A stretch of 64,000 bases of DNA from TPA_inf: Saccharomyces (lineage: Eukaryota). Every line of letters starts with the position of its first letter. The stretch's first letter is position 1. The notes under the pieces were generated by a model. The model did no database searches and was not told where the DNA came from. It worked only from the letters and a program-made list of their open reading frames with translations. The position numbers and the translations under genes are program-made. The stretch lies in contig BK006948.2 in NCBI GenBank assembly GCA_000146045.2, positions 128,001 through 192,000 of the forward strand, read 5' to 3'. Shown here piece after piece: positions 53,682 through 64,000 of the stretch.

Positions 53682-56600
53682 ATGGACACGGTGACGGTAT
53701 TAAATGAACTGCGGGCTCAGTTTCTACGAGTGTGTCCGGAGAAAGATCAAATGAAAAGAATAATAAAACCGTACATACCCGTAGATGAATTCAACACAGA
53801 GCAGTGCTTAGATTCTTCTATCCGTGAATTATATATGAACTCAGACGGCGTAAGCTTGTTACCTGAACTAGAGTCTCCACCGGTATCTAAGGATTTTATG
53901 GAAAACTATGCTTCATTAGGGAAAATGAGGATAATGAGGGAGAATGAAGGCCAAAAAGGAAAGGCTAACCAGAATTTAATAGGAGCAGAGAAGACTGAAA
54001 GAGACGAGGAAGAAACACGAAATTTGCAAGATAAAAGTGCAAAAAATACTCTGATAGTTGAAGAAAATGGAACACTTCGTTATAATCCACTTAATTCATC
54101 TGCGTCGAACTCTCTTTTAAATGATGACGACCATACCAGTGGAAAACATCACAAAACTTCCTCAAAGGAAGACTCATATTTAAATAGTTCGATGGAAATG
54201 CAGAAGAAATCTAGTAAGAGATCGTCGCTTCCTTTCGTGAGGATATTCAAAAGTCGAAGGGACCACTCAAATACTTCTGGAAATAAAAATGTCATGAATA
54301 CAACTAATACAAGAGCAAAATCATCTACTTTGCATCCACCTGGTGCTCGCCATAATAAGAAAGGCAGTAAATTCGATATGAACTTCGATTTCGATGAAAA
54401 CTTAGAAGAAGAAGATGATGACGACGACGATGACGAAGAAGGTGACGATATACACTCTCAATTTTTTCAGTTAGATGATGATTTTGATGCTAAGGGTTCT
54501 GGAGCAAGTCCAGCCCACAAAGGCATCAACGGCATGTCCAACAATAAAAACAACACCTACACAAATAACAGAAACAGCATCAGCATTCTTGATGATCGAG
54601 AGAGTTCAAATGGCAATATAGGAAGTGCTTCAAGGTTAAAATCTCATTTCCCCACAAGTCAAAAGGGGAAAATTTTTTTAACTGACAATAAAAATGATGG
54701 ACAAAAATCTGATTCACTGAATGCCAATAAAGGTATACATGGAGATGGAAGCAGCGCCAGCGGTAACGGATCGGTGAGTAGGGACGGTTTGACGGAAACG
54801 GAAAGCAACAATATTTCCGATATGGAATCTTATATCAATGAAAAAGATTTAGATGATTTGAATTTTGATACAGTGACCTCAAACATAAACAAAACAGTAT
54901 CTGATTTGGGAGGACATGAATCTACAAATGATGGAACGGCGGTCATGAACAGGGATTCAAAAGACAGCCGCAGTAATAGCAATGAATTCAATGCACAAAA
55001 TCGTGACCGAATCACTCCTGGCTCATCATATGGGAAGTCCCTTTTAGGATCTGAATATTCCGAAGAACGTTATTCTAATAACGACTCGTCAACCATGGAG
55101 AGCGGTGAAATGTCTCTTGATTCAGACATGCAAACTAATACTATACCCTCTCATTCCATACCAATGTCTATGCAAAAATATGGCATCTATCATGGCGATG
55201 ATGACTCTACCTTAAACAATGTCTTCGATAAAGCCGTACTGACTATGAATTCATCGCGACACCCAAAAGAAAGGCGCGATACTGTTATATCAGGAAAGGA
55301 GCCAACATCCTTAACCAGTTCTAATAGAAAATTTTCTGTTAGCTCGAATTTAACTTCAACAAGGTCTCCTCTTTTACGAGGACATGGAAGAACTTCATCG
55401 ACGGCCAGTAGTGAACACATGAAAGCCCCAAAGGTTTCTGACAGTGTATTGCATAGGGCAAGGAAGAGCACGTTGACGTTAAAGCAGGACCATTCTCAAC
55501 CTAGTGTTCCATCAAGTGTCCATAAAAGCTCGAAAGAGGGGAACATCCTTATTGAGAAAACCACCGATTATCTAGTGTCGAAACCGAAGGCCTCACAGTT
55601 ATCGAATATGTTCAACAAAAAGAAAAAGAGAACAAATACTAATTCTGTAGATGTGTTAGAATATTTTTCATTTGTTTGCGGAGATAAAGTACCAAATTAT
55701 GAATCAATGGGTCTCGAAATATACATTCAAGCTTCCAAAAAATATAAAAGAAATTCCTTCACTACCAAAGTCCGAAAATCGTCTACCATCTTCGAAGTTA
55801 TTGGATTTGCTTTATTTTTGTATTCTACTGAGAAAAAACCGGACAATTTTGAAGAAGATGGATTGACAGTTGAAGACATTTCTAATCCTAATAACTTCTC
55901 TTTGAAAATTGTCGATGAAGACGGTGAACCTTTTGAGGATAACTTTGGTAAACTAGATAGAAAAAGCACTATTCAATCAATTTCGGACAGCGAAGTTGTT
56001 TTATGTAAGGTTGATGATGCCGAGAAGTCTCAAAATGAAATTGAAACACCTTTACCATTTGAAACTGGTGGGGGCCTAATGGATGCTTCTACTTTGGATG
56101 CTAACAGCAGTCACGATACAACTGACGGAACCATCAACCAACTAAGTTTCTACAAACCTATTATAGGTAATGAAGACGACATCGATAAGACAAACGGTTC
56201 GAAAATCATTGATGTAACAGTATATTTGTATCCTAACGTGAATCCCAAATTTAACTATACTACCATAAGTGTTTTAGTGACCTCACATATAAACGATATT
56301 TTGGTAAAATATTGCAAAATGAAAAATATGGATCCTAATGAATATGCATTAAAAGTTCTAGGAAAGAACTATATACTGGACTTGAATGATACGGTATTAA
56401 GGCTCGATGGTATTAATAAGGTGGAACTCATCTCTAAAAAAGATGCAAGGGAGTTGCATTTGGAAAAAATGAAACCTGACCTAAAGAAGCCCGTTTTGCC
56501 AACGATCCAAAGTAATGATCTAACTCCGTTAACTTTGGAGCCTCTGAACTCTTATCTCAAAGCAGATGCTGGAGGGGCTGTGGCTGCCATTCCTGAAAAC

Positions 56601-57212
56601 ACGAAAGTTACATCCAAAGCTAAGAAGATATCCACGAAGTATAAGCTGGGCTTGGCAAAGCAGCATTCGTCATCAAGTGTTGCTAGTGGAAGTGTTTCAA
56701 CGGCTGGCGGTCTCGCCAATGGAAATGGGTTTTTCAAGAACAAGAATTCATCCAAATCCTCTTTGCATGGGACACTGCAGTTTCATAATATAAACCGTTC
56801 TCAGAGTACGATGGAGCACACGCCTGACACTCCAAATGGAGTTGGAGATAACTTCCAAGATCTTTTTACCGGAGCGTATCATAAATATAAGGTATGGAGA
56901 AGGCAGCAAATGTCATTTATAAACAAGCATGAAAGAACACTAGCCATTGATGGCGACTACATATACATTGTACCCCCGGAGGGACGTATACATTGGCATG
57001 ATAATGTAAAGACTAAGTCGTTACACATTAGTCAAGTGGTTCTTGTCAAAAAATCCAAAAGAGTCCCTGAGCATTTCAAAATTTTCGTAAGAAGAGAGGG
57101 GCAAGATGATATCAAAAGGTACTACTTTGAAGCAGTTTCAGGTCAAGAGTGTACTGAGATCGTGACGCGATTACAAAACTTATTAAGCGCTTATAGAATG
57201 AATCATAAATAA
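53682..57212 (+). CDS. AVO1: TORC2 subunit (Sin1 homolog) with CRIM and C-terminal PH-like domain, 1176 aa
   Basis: The first ATG at 53682 gives [13 protein letters not shown]...; the track's start at 53643 is a GTG. Acidic tract [15 protein letters not shown]. 1176 aa equals AVO1 (YOL078W). Confidence 0.88.
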
Positions 57213-57437
57213 GTAAAACCCATTATACTGCATCTTACCAGCATTAATTTTGGTTTATATCTAAATATGGTATAGAAAATACTTCATCGCGATCTCGATG
57301 GTGATTGGTCAGAGTCCGCTTCTCGATGCAAAGGGAAAAAAAAGAGCTTTTTAGGAGCAAGTCCCCCCATAGAGCACATAACTCGTTAGCATTGAATAAG
57401 GCCAGGTGACTTCAAATAATAATTTATAACTACGACA

Positions 57438-57644
57438 ATGGGTGCTGCTTATCATTTCATGGGGAAAGCTATCCCTCCACACCAACTAGCCATTGGGACA
57501 TTAGGACTGCTAGGTTTATTGGTTGTTCCAAATCCTTTTAAAAGCGCAAAGCCAAAAACAGTCGACATCAAAACAGACAACAAAGACGAGGAAAAATTCA
57601 TTGAAAACTACTTAAAGAAACATTCGGAAAAGCAAGATGCGTAA
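57438..57644 (+). CDS. ATP19: F1Fo ATP synthase subunit k, 68 aa
   Basis: 68-aa ORF MGAAYHFMGKAIPPHQLAIGTLGLLGLLVV with a single TM segment. Matches ATP19 (YOL077W-A) in size and position. Confidence 0.85.
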   Translation: MGAAYHFMGKAIPPHQLAIGTLGLLGLLVVPNPFKSAKPKTVDIKTDNKDEEKFIENYLKKHSEKQDA

Positions 57645-57847
57645 ATATAGCTTGATTGCTGCGCGGTTGAAGATCTTTTGTACATACAATAAATATTCTT
57701 TATATATACAGCTTTCGATATTCAAGATTTAAACATTAAATTATTAAAAAGAGGTCTATAACTAGACAGTTGCTACATCCACTCTTTTCTTGTTATATCT
57801 TTTTAATATACAATGTTATGTAAAACTCTCTGATAGTATTATGCTTA

Positions 57848-58723
57848 TTATTTAAACAAGGCATCGTTTGATAAAGGATCGGCGGCAAGAACATTCTCTC
57901 TTCTCTTAATTTTTCTTTCCACAGCAGCTTCAGCTCTAGACTTTGCCTCCTCAGCAGCTTGTTGTTTAATTTGAGCTCTTACGACGTTTGGCGAAACATA
58001 TTGTTTATTTTCATAGATCTTTGGACCACCAAATGAACCTTCTAGGATCAAAATGACAGTCATAACAAACCTAGGGCCAATTTCCACTAATGATATGTCT
58101 TCTTCGCCATCTTCATATTCTTCTTTGTTCTTAGTACTGTGTGAGATCTCATATGTCCTCACCCATATTTTATCATCTACAATACTGAAGGACATGACGT
58201 GATCAATAAATGGCTTAGATTTTCTAGCATTTGGTGGTACACCAAAATTATGCACTAGCAACTCCTTAATTAATTGGTAGTGTGGGGAGGATTCGAAACG
58301 TTGATCAAACGACAATACCGGACGAGAACCCTTTAAACAGTTACCTGTAAAATTCAACTCATCCATAGTATGCAAGTTTTGAATGTAAAATTTTATAGTT
58401 GGCCCATTTGGCGGCTTGGATAACCATAGATACAAATCTTGGTGTTTTCTGGCCTCAAAGAATAGAACATTATTACAATTGTACAACTCAGCGATTTCGT
58501 TCAACTGTTGAAGATCCTTTTTAGTATCCAATTTTGGCTCCTTTCTGGAATGAGGCAATAATCCGCTTAAGTCTTGAATTAAATGACGATGTCTATAGTT
58601 AACACCTCTACTCGAAATCAGAAGAGTTCTTTGCTTGTTCATAAATTGCTTGACATTGCCTTGCTTCTTTTCAGATTTATTATCTTTGCTCTTTCCTGCG
58701 AGGGCTTTGTAGATAGAAGACAT
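57848..58723 (-). CDS. BRX1: Brix-domain 60S ribosomal subunit biogenesis factor, 291 aa
   Basis: Brix domain with a basic N-terminus. 291 aa equals BRX1 (YOL077C). PAC+RRPE lie in the promoter. Confidence 0.9.
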   Translation of the reverse strand: MSSIYKALAGKSKDNKSEKKQGNVKQFMNKQRTLLISSRGVNYRHRHLIQDLSGLLPHSRKEPKLDTKKDLQQLNEIAELYNCNNVLFFEARKHQDLYLWLSKPPNGPTIKFYIQNLHTMDELNFTGNCLKGSRPVLSFDQRFESSPHYQLIKELLVHNFGVPPNARKSKPFIDHVMSFSIVDDKIWVRTYEISHSTKNKEEYEDGEEDISLVEIGPRFVMTVILILEGSFGGPKIYENKQYVSPNVVRAQIKQQAAEEAKSRAEAAVERKIKRRENVLAADPLSNDALFK

Positions 58724-58861
58724 CTTTGGTTGAACTCTTTCAACACCTGACGAATGTATAAAGAAAGACGTGAAGCAAAATAAGGCTAAGTAACCTTCTA
58801 ACTCGTAAATATTATAGCAATTTCTGTATCTTTTTAGGTGATAGATTCTTTGAGAACCATC

Positions 58862-58884
58862 GCGATGAGCATCTAAAATTTTTC
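58862..58884. promoter_or_regulatory. BRX1: PAC (GCGATGAG) immediately followed by RRPE (TAAAATTTTTC) in the BRX1/MDM20 divergent promoter
   Basis: catcGCGATGAGcatcTAAAATTTTTcag sits 140-160 bp upstream of the BRX1 ATG. This is the classic ribosome-biogenesis motif pair. Confidence 0.7.
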
Positions 58885-59023
58885 AGTCACCTTTAACGAA
58901 AATCACTGTCCACGGACCGCCGAGGGCTTTAGGAAAATAAATAATAAATGTCAGCTGCAACAGAATTCATTGGCGAAGCAACGATACATAACGAGCTCGG
59001 TACAGCAATCATCGCATCGAAGC

Positions 59024-61414
59024 ATGTCCGACAAGATACAGGAGGAGATATTAGGACTAGTAAGCAGGTCCAACTTCAAACAATGCTATGCAAAACTGGG
59101 GCAATTGCAAAAACAATTTCCCAATGCGTTGTACTTCAAGATTTTGGAAACCTATGTTAAATTCAAGCAGTCACCTGGTAAGTTCGATTACAATAAACTG
59201 CTAGAAGAACCATATGGGCTGAAAGGGACAACGATTACGGGCGACACGCGTTCCTTGGAGTTTTTGCACAACTTCTTCGTAGAGTTAGGGAAATACGACG
59301 AAGCATTGCACGTGTATGAAAGAGGAAATTTCAAATTCCCTAGCTACGAATTGTCTTATCACTGGTTTATGAAAGCATTGGAAGATTCCAATTATAACCA
59401 AATGAGCAAAGCATCTCTACAGCTAGCTAAATACAGTGACAGTGGAAACCTGCCTAAAAGAGCATATTATTTTTGGAATGCAATCTCGATTTTAGCCGTA
59501 TCAAGGTTTCAGGAAAACACTCTTTCAGATCCCAAGAAAATTTTGCTCTCCAGGCTAGCGCGCCAGTCTTTGTTAGACTTGAAACCATTTCAAAATGTTC
59601 AAGAGATTATAGTTTATTGTTTGGTGTTGGATGAACTATTCCCTCAATCTAGAGAAATCTCGGAAGAGATTGTTGCGATTACCTTTGCCAATTTTGATAC
59701 TTCAGTAAACTTGTATTTGAAAAACTTTATCTTGAAGCATACCAAGTTATTGAATTCTCCACAAAAACTTTTTGAAGTTTGTTCAAAACTTATTGAAAAG
59801 GGCCTTGATGATTATGAATTGATCACAAACTTGATTGATGCTGCCTACAAACTTTCTAAATCTAAAGACGAAGTCAAACAATGGATTGATGAAAATTTGG
59901 GAGACTCAAGGAATACTCGATTGGCGCGCTTGAAACTTGATATAATGTACACCGATTCGGTTTCGGAATCATCTTTGTCGTACTATTTATCAAAGTACCA
60001 TAACAAACCTTGTTGTTCAATCGATTTGAATCATTACAGCGGCCACATTAACATAGATATGCTTAAGAGCATTATGTCTAAGTACGATCCAGAGGATAAG
60101 GATTTGATTCATCATTGTAATATTCTAGAATTGGGACTTATTGGAAGCGACTCAATCAATAACTATAACAAGTTTAAGGGGACCCTGGAAAAAAAATCGG
60201 TAACGGATTATTCCTCCTGTTCTACATTCTTATTAGAAATAGTCAAGGACAAGTGCAAGAAAACTAATCCTGAATTGAAAGACGTGCTTTTGTGTATAAC
60301 GATATTGGAAAATTACCAAGCCAAGGACCCTCATAACTTCGATACTATGTGCTGGCTGATTGTTTTATACATGTACCTGGGTTTAGTTCCCGATGCTTAT
60401 TTCCATTTCATAAACCTAAAGATTAAAAACGTTCAAACAGATTCCCTAGATTACATGATATTCTCGAGATTTTCTACTTTGTTCCCGAATAAACAGAGCG
60501 ATTTTTACTCCAAGACATTCCATGAACATAATAATTTATACGATACATCACTGGCTAATTTACCAAGATATATTCAGGTGGCATTCGAAAGAAATTCATA
60601 TAGCAAAATACTAGGAATGCTCGAGATGAGGGATAAACTAATGAAATCCTATACAAGATGGACCAAAACTTTAGAAAACTTACAGTTCTCACGTTTATGC
60701 AACGACAAGCGCGGCCACCTACTACAAAAATTACACGAAGATTGGAGATCTTTAGAAATGACGCAAAGTGTATCATTTTCTGACAATAGAGACTTTTCCA
60801 TATTAGATGAAAATTTTGCCCAATTTCTTAACCGTGGTAAAATTTTGGAATATGCTAACTTGAATGAAGAATCAATTTTTCTAACTTTGATAAGAGAACT
60901 TATTATTGAAGCTTTGCCAAATGGGGAGAAAACGGAACAAATAAGTGCGCTCTTAAAAAAACTTCCATCAATTAACCTTGAAGAGTTGTTGAATAATAAT
61001 TTAACTGAAGTGGAGTCAGCGTCATTTCTGATTTTTTTCGAAATTTACGAAAATAACGGTAAAAATCTACATGATTTAATTTCTAGGTTGATGAAAGTCC
61101 CAATAAATGCAAAACAAAACTGGATGGTATCCCATACTTACCTTACTAAAATGGCAACCTTAAAAACACTAGACAGTTTGAAGAGAATCAAAGATAAAGA
61201 AATTCAAAAACTAATCAAAAACTCCCTCAAGGAGTTGAGGAGTTGTTGCGATGATGTATTTAAAGGTTATTCTAAAGCTTTAGTACAAGCATATGAAGAA
61301 TTAAAAAAAGATGAATGTGGCAACTTGTTAAAAGAACTTGATGTTAAAGCTGAAAATGTCAAGAACATTAAAAATTCATTACTAGGCATCCAAAAAAGTG
61401 TAAGAAATTTATGA
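59024..61414 (+). CDS. MDM20: NatB N-terminal acetyltransferase auxiliary subunit (TPR-like helical repeats), 796 aa
   Basis: The first ATG is at 59024 (MSDKIQEEILG...); the track's ORF begins at an upstream TTG. 796 aa equals MDM20 (YOL076W). Confidence 0.88.
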   Translation: MSDKIQEEILGLVSRSNFKQCYAKLGQLQKQFPNALYFKILETYVKFKQSPGKFDYNKLLEEPYGLKGTTITGDTRSLEFLHNFFVELGKYDEALHVYERGNFKFPSYELSYHWFMKALEDSNYNQMSKASLQLAKYSDSGNLPKRAYYFWNAISILAVSRFQENTLSDPKKILLSRLARQSLLDLKPFQNVQEIIVYCLVLDELFPQSREISEEIVAITFANFDTSVNLYLKNFILKHTKLLNSPQKLFEVCSKLIEKGLDDYELITNLIDAAYKLSKSKDEVKQWIDENLGDSRNTRLARLKLDIMYTDSVSESSLSYYLSKYHNKPCCSIDLNHYSGHINIDMLKSIMSKYDPEDKDLIHHCNILELGLIGSDSINNYNKFKGTLEKKSVTDYSSCSTFLLEIVKDKCKKTNPELKDVLLCITILENYQAKDPHNFDTMCWLIVLYMYLGLVPDAYFHFINLKIKNVQTDSLDYMIFSRFSTLFPNKQSDFYSKTFHEHNNLYDTSLANLPRYIQVAFERNSYSKILGMLEMRDKLMKSYTRWTKTLENLQFSRLCNDKRGHLLQKLHEDWRSLEMTQSVSFSDNRDFSILDENFAQFLNRGKILEYANLNEESIFLTLIRELIIEALPNGEKTEQISALLKKLPSINLEELLNNNLTEVESASFLIFFEIYENNGKNLHDLISRLMKVPINAKQNWMVSHTYLTKMATLKTLDSLKRIKDKEIQKLIKNSLKELRSCCDDVFKGYSKALVQAYEELKKDECGNLLKELDVKAENVKNIKNSLLGIQKSVRNL

Positions 61415-61657
61415 ACAAAAATTACATCTCCATTATAGAGCAGTCGCAGATAGACAATTTTCTTTTATTTTTTTTTTTTTAGGTAGATAAAATAACATGT
61501 ATCGCAAGACTTTTATATCAGCAGCCTTTTCAAGCTCCATAATTTCTGAAAGAAAAAGTAGTATATGATTTTTGAGGAGAATAAATTTCAAAAAATCATA
61601 GGAAAATAATAACGATGTTCCTCCCGTTAATTTACAGGTCTATAAGTATTTTTCCAA

Positions 61658-64000
61658 TCACCATTTTATCCACTCCAATTTTGCTTTTAAAATAAAAAAT
61701 GCAATAAGGCGATAAATTATGGCTACGCACACAATGATTCCCAGGTACTTTTGCGTATTTCTGACTAAACCATAAGAAACCAACACATCATGGCCATTCG
61801 CAAATTCACAAGTACCGTCTGAATTTTTCCCGCCATCTTCGCAGGTTAATTTCAAATTACCTGGGAATGCGAAATTAATGATGATCATAGATGTATACCC
61901 TACAGGGTTCAAATAGTTAAAACCCTTTAATACTCTCGACATGCCTAGTGACATTAACCCTGACATCTGAGTACCAATGGATAAAATAATGGAAATGCAG
62001 TTAACGACGAAGCCTGGCCTTTCGAAAAATGTATTTGTCATTATACCAAGAGCTTCGCCACAACAGGTAACAATAAAGGAACAGTAGACGGTTGCAAAGA
62101 AGTTGCCTGCAGTTCTTGGTAACCCACATGCCAGTACTGTAAATACCGCGTATAACACTGAAGCTAATGCGGATAGCGGCAACTCTAATGTCATATAAGC
62201 TAAGAAAAAAGGTGCTATACCATAAACATTATCATTATATTCTTCGTAAAAGTAATCTCTTTCAGTTGGATAACATGCCAAGTTCCCCAGCATGCCCACA
62301 AAATATAGTGCTGTAGATTCTTGTGCCAATCCTAGACGATTGCTAATACTTGTATAATTATGCTTGACTGGGGCAAAGAATAATGCGAAAATAACACCTA
62401 ATCCTGGAATTTGTGCAATACGCGCCATCAAAGAGTCAAAACTTCTCCTTGTCGTAGTAAATTGCCTTTTAACGTTCACTATGTACGCCAAAACCAAATT
62501 AGCTGGTTTTCTTACAAACTCGCTGTATTCTGTGAAAAATGACTCCTGAGAGTATTGTTGTTTTTCAGAAATTGGGGTTGGTGAAAGGCTTTCGTTATCC
62601 ATATTAGCTTTCCATGCACTAAGTATCTTTTCTACTCGTGCCCTTGAGCTTATTTCATTCTGTTCGTTCTGGGTATTAACTGAAATTAAATCAAGAAAGA
62701 AATCTGCCACGTTCGTAAACGAAGGACAGTTATATCCCAATTCAGTGAAATAAGCAATCATTTCATCTGGTGATCCATTGAAAGCAGTTCTACCCGATTT
62801 AGCTAATAGCAAAACATTACCAAATCTCTTGAATAATTCTGACCTTGGTTGATGAATGGTAATGATGATCGTCTTGCCCTGTTCCCTACATAACTTCTCC
62901 AAAATTTCCAGTATAGTAGCGGATGTGAAGCTATCTAACCCTGAAGTTGGTTCATCTAGCAATAATATCGGAGGATCGTTTAATAATTGCACACCCATAG
63001 TTACTCTTCTTTTTTCACCACCGCTTATACCTTTAACAAATTCATTACCAATGATATTGTTTTCACAATGCTTTAAACCCAAAGACCTTATTAGGTTGTC
63101 AGTTCTCTCCATTCGTTCTGCCTCAGTCAGATGATGCAATCTTAATGCAGCGGCATATTTCAGGGTTTCTTTAACGGTTAAAGCTGCCAAAAGGTGGTCA
63201 TCATCCTGCGAGACATACGAGCATACATTTTTAAACATAAGCTCTGAAACTTGAATATCATTGAACATTATTGAACCTGAAGTGTCAAATTTGGCAAAGA
63301 CCGAAGATTTTAATCTTCCGGAGATTAGGTTTAACAGAGAAGACTTTCCAGACCCTGATGGCCCCATAATTGCATTAATCATTCCAGGTTTGAAAATGGC
63401 ATTAACTGATTGTAGAATTTCTTTTGTTTCATGGTGGAAGTTGCCTTCTTTCCAGTTTGAGAAAGGGGCAGAAAAAATGACTCGTAAGTCTATATCTTCT
63501 AATTTTATAGTAATATGTATATTTTTTCCTTTCTCCGCTTCCAAATCTTTCTGATGATACACGTCATCTAGCAGCTGAATCTCGGGTTTCATTCCTGTTG
63601 GGGATTTCTTTTTGATTTTTTTTTGCTTCGATTTCACTTCATTTTGTAAAGTTATATCAATCTTGTGCAAATATAAAATAATTGCACCTACTACAAAATA
63701 TCCCACAGACCAGCAAAGTAAGACAACGGCAGGTACGGTTATCCAATTCCTAGGAAACCCGTAAACTTCCAATATCTGGTTACCCAAGCACTCATCGAGA
63801 TTATCTGTAGTACAGTACGAATTCGTAAAGGTGCTTGACATGAGAGTACCGAATGAATACCACGTAAAGGCAATATATTTAATCCAACGAACATACACGG
63901 GCATTACTTTAGCATTAACGAAAAAACCACATCCCATCGATAATACCGTAAATGTCATATTTCCTACTAATGAAGCTTTAGAAAAATCTCTCGATACCGC
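61658..64000 (-). CDS. YOL075C: ABC transporter (full-size, ABCG/PDR-like), C-terminal about 780 aa; N-terminus lies beyond the window edge
   Basis: Walker A GPSGSGKSSLLN, ABC signature ISGGEKRRV, Walker B LLLDEPTSGLD, followed by a 6-TM domain. The reading frame continues open past position 64000; the known protein is about 1294 aa. Confidence 0.85.
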   Translation of the reverse strand, partial: AVSRDFSKASLVGNMTFTVLSMGCGFFVNAKVMPVYVRWIKYIAFTWYSFGTLMSSTFTNSYCTTDNLDECLGNQILEVYGFPRNWITVPAVVLLCWSVGYFVVGAIILYLHKIDITLQNEVKSKQKKIKKKSPTGMKPEIQLLDDVYHQKDLEAEKGKNIHITIKLEDIDLRVIFSAPFSNWKEGNFHHETKEILQSVNAIFKPGMINAIMGPSGSGKSSLLNLISGRLKSSVFAKFDTSGSIMFNDIQVSELMFKNVCSYVSQDDDHLLAALTVKETLKYAAALRLHHLTEAERMERTDNLIRSLGLKHCENNIIGNEFVKGISGGEKRRVTMGVQLLNDPPILLLDEPTSGLDSFTSATILEILEKLCREQGKTIIITIHQPRSELFKRFGNVLLLAKSGRTAFNGSPDEMIAYFTELGYNCPSFTNVADFFLDLISVNTQNEQNEISSRARVEKILSAWKANMDNESLSPTPISEKQQYSQESFFTEYSEFVRKPANLVLAYIVNVKRQFTTTRRSFDSLMARIAQIPGLGVIFALFFAPVKHNYTSISNRLGLAQESTALYFVGMLGNLACYPTERDYFYEEYNDNVYGIAPFFLAYMTLELPLSALASVLYAVFTVLACGLPRTAGNFFATVYCSFIVTCCGEALGIMTNTFFERPGFVVNCISIILSIGTQMSGLMSLGMSRVLKGFNYLNPVGYTSMIIINFAFPGNLKLTCEDGGKNSDGTCEFANGHDVLVSYGLVRNTQKYLGIIVCVAIIYRLIAFFILKAKLEWIKW

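Overview
This window reads as a gene-dense stretch of core Saccharomyces cerevisiae chromosome (chrXV left arm, YOL100W/PKH2 through the 3' part of YOL075C). I recognise 25 protein-coding genes on both strands, and nearly all ORF lengths match the known proteins exactly. Coding occupies roughly three quarters of the window, with no introns evident. I could not find any tRNA, rRNA or snoRNA gene (no A-box/B-box-like segments in any intergenic gap), nor any Ty element or solo LTR. CRISPR does not apply to a eukaryote. The provided ORF track sometimes starts ORFs at TTG/GTG, so I re-set the starts of YOL098C, TRM10, AVO1 and MDM20 to the first ATG consistent with the known protein; for COQ3 the track's start is itself an ATG and I moved to the ATG four codons downstream to match the recalled 312-aa length. 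My honest view is that there is no undescribed multi-gene system here. The second-look items are these: the ADH1 locus, which shows a perfect Zap1 ZRE palindrome about 1 kb upstream (the ZRR1 regulatory-RNA arrangement) plus a Rap1/Gcr1 UAS; the tandem ATG34-ATG19 selective-autophagy receptor paralogs with WEEI/WEEL C-terminal Atg8-binding motifs; PAC+RRPE pairs in the BRX1 and REX4 promoters; an MluI cell-cycle box (MCB) in the RFC4 promoter; Ndt80 MSE elements and an 11-bp tandem repeat upstream of SPO21; a perfect ACS match (candidate ARS) in the long ATG34-ATG19 gap; two unusually GC-rich intergenic islands, one carrying a 75-aa ORF upstream of IRA2; and several homopolymeric coding tracts (His9 in DUF1; (HS)n, polyAla and polySer in IRA2; an acidic run in AVO1).
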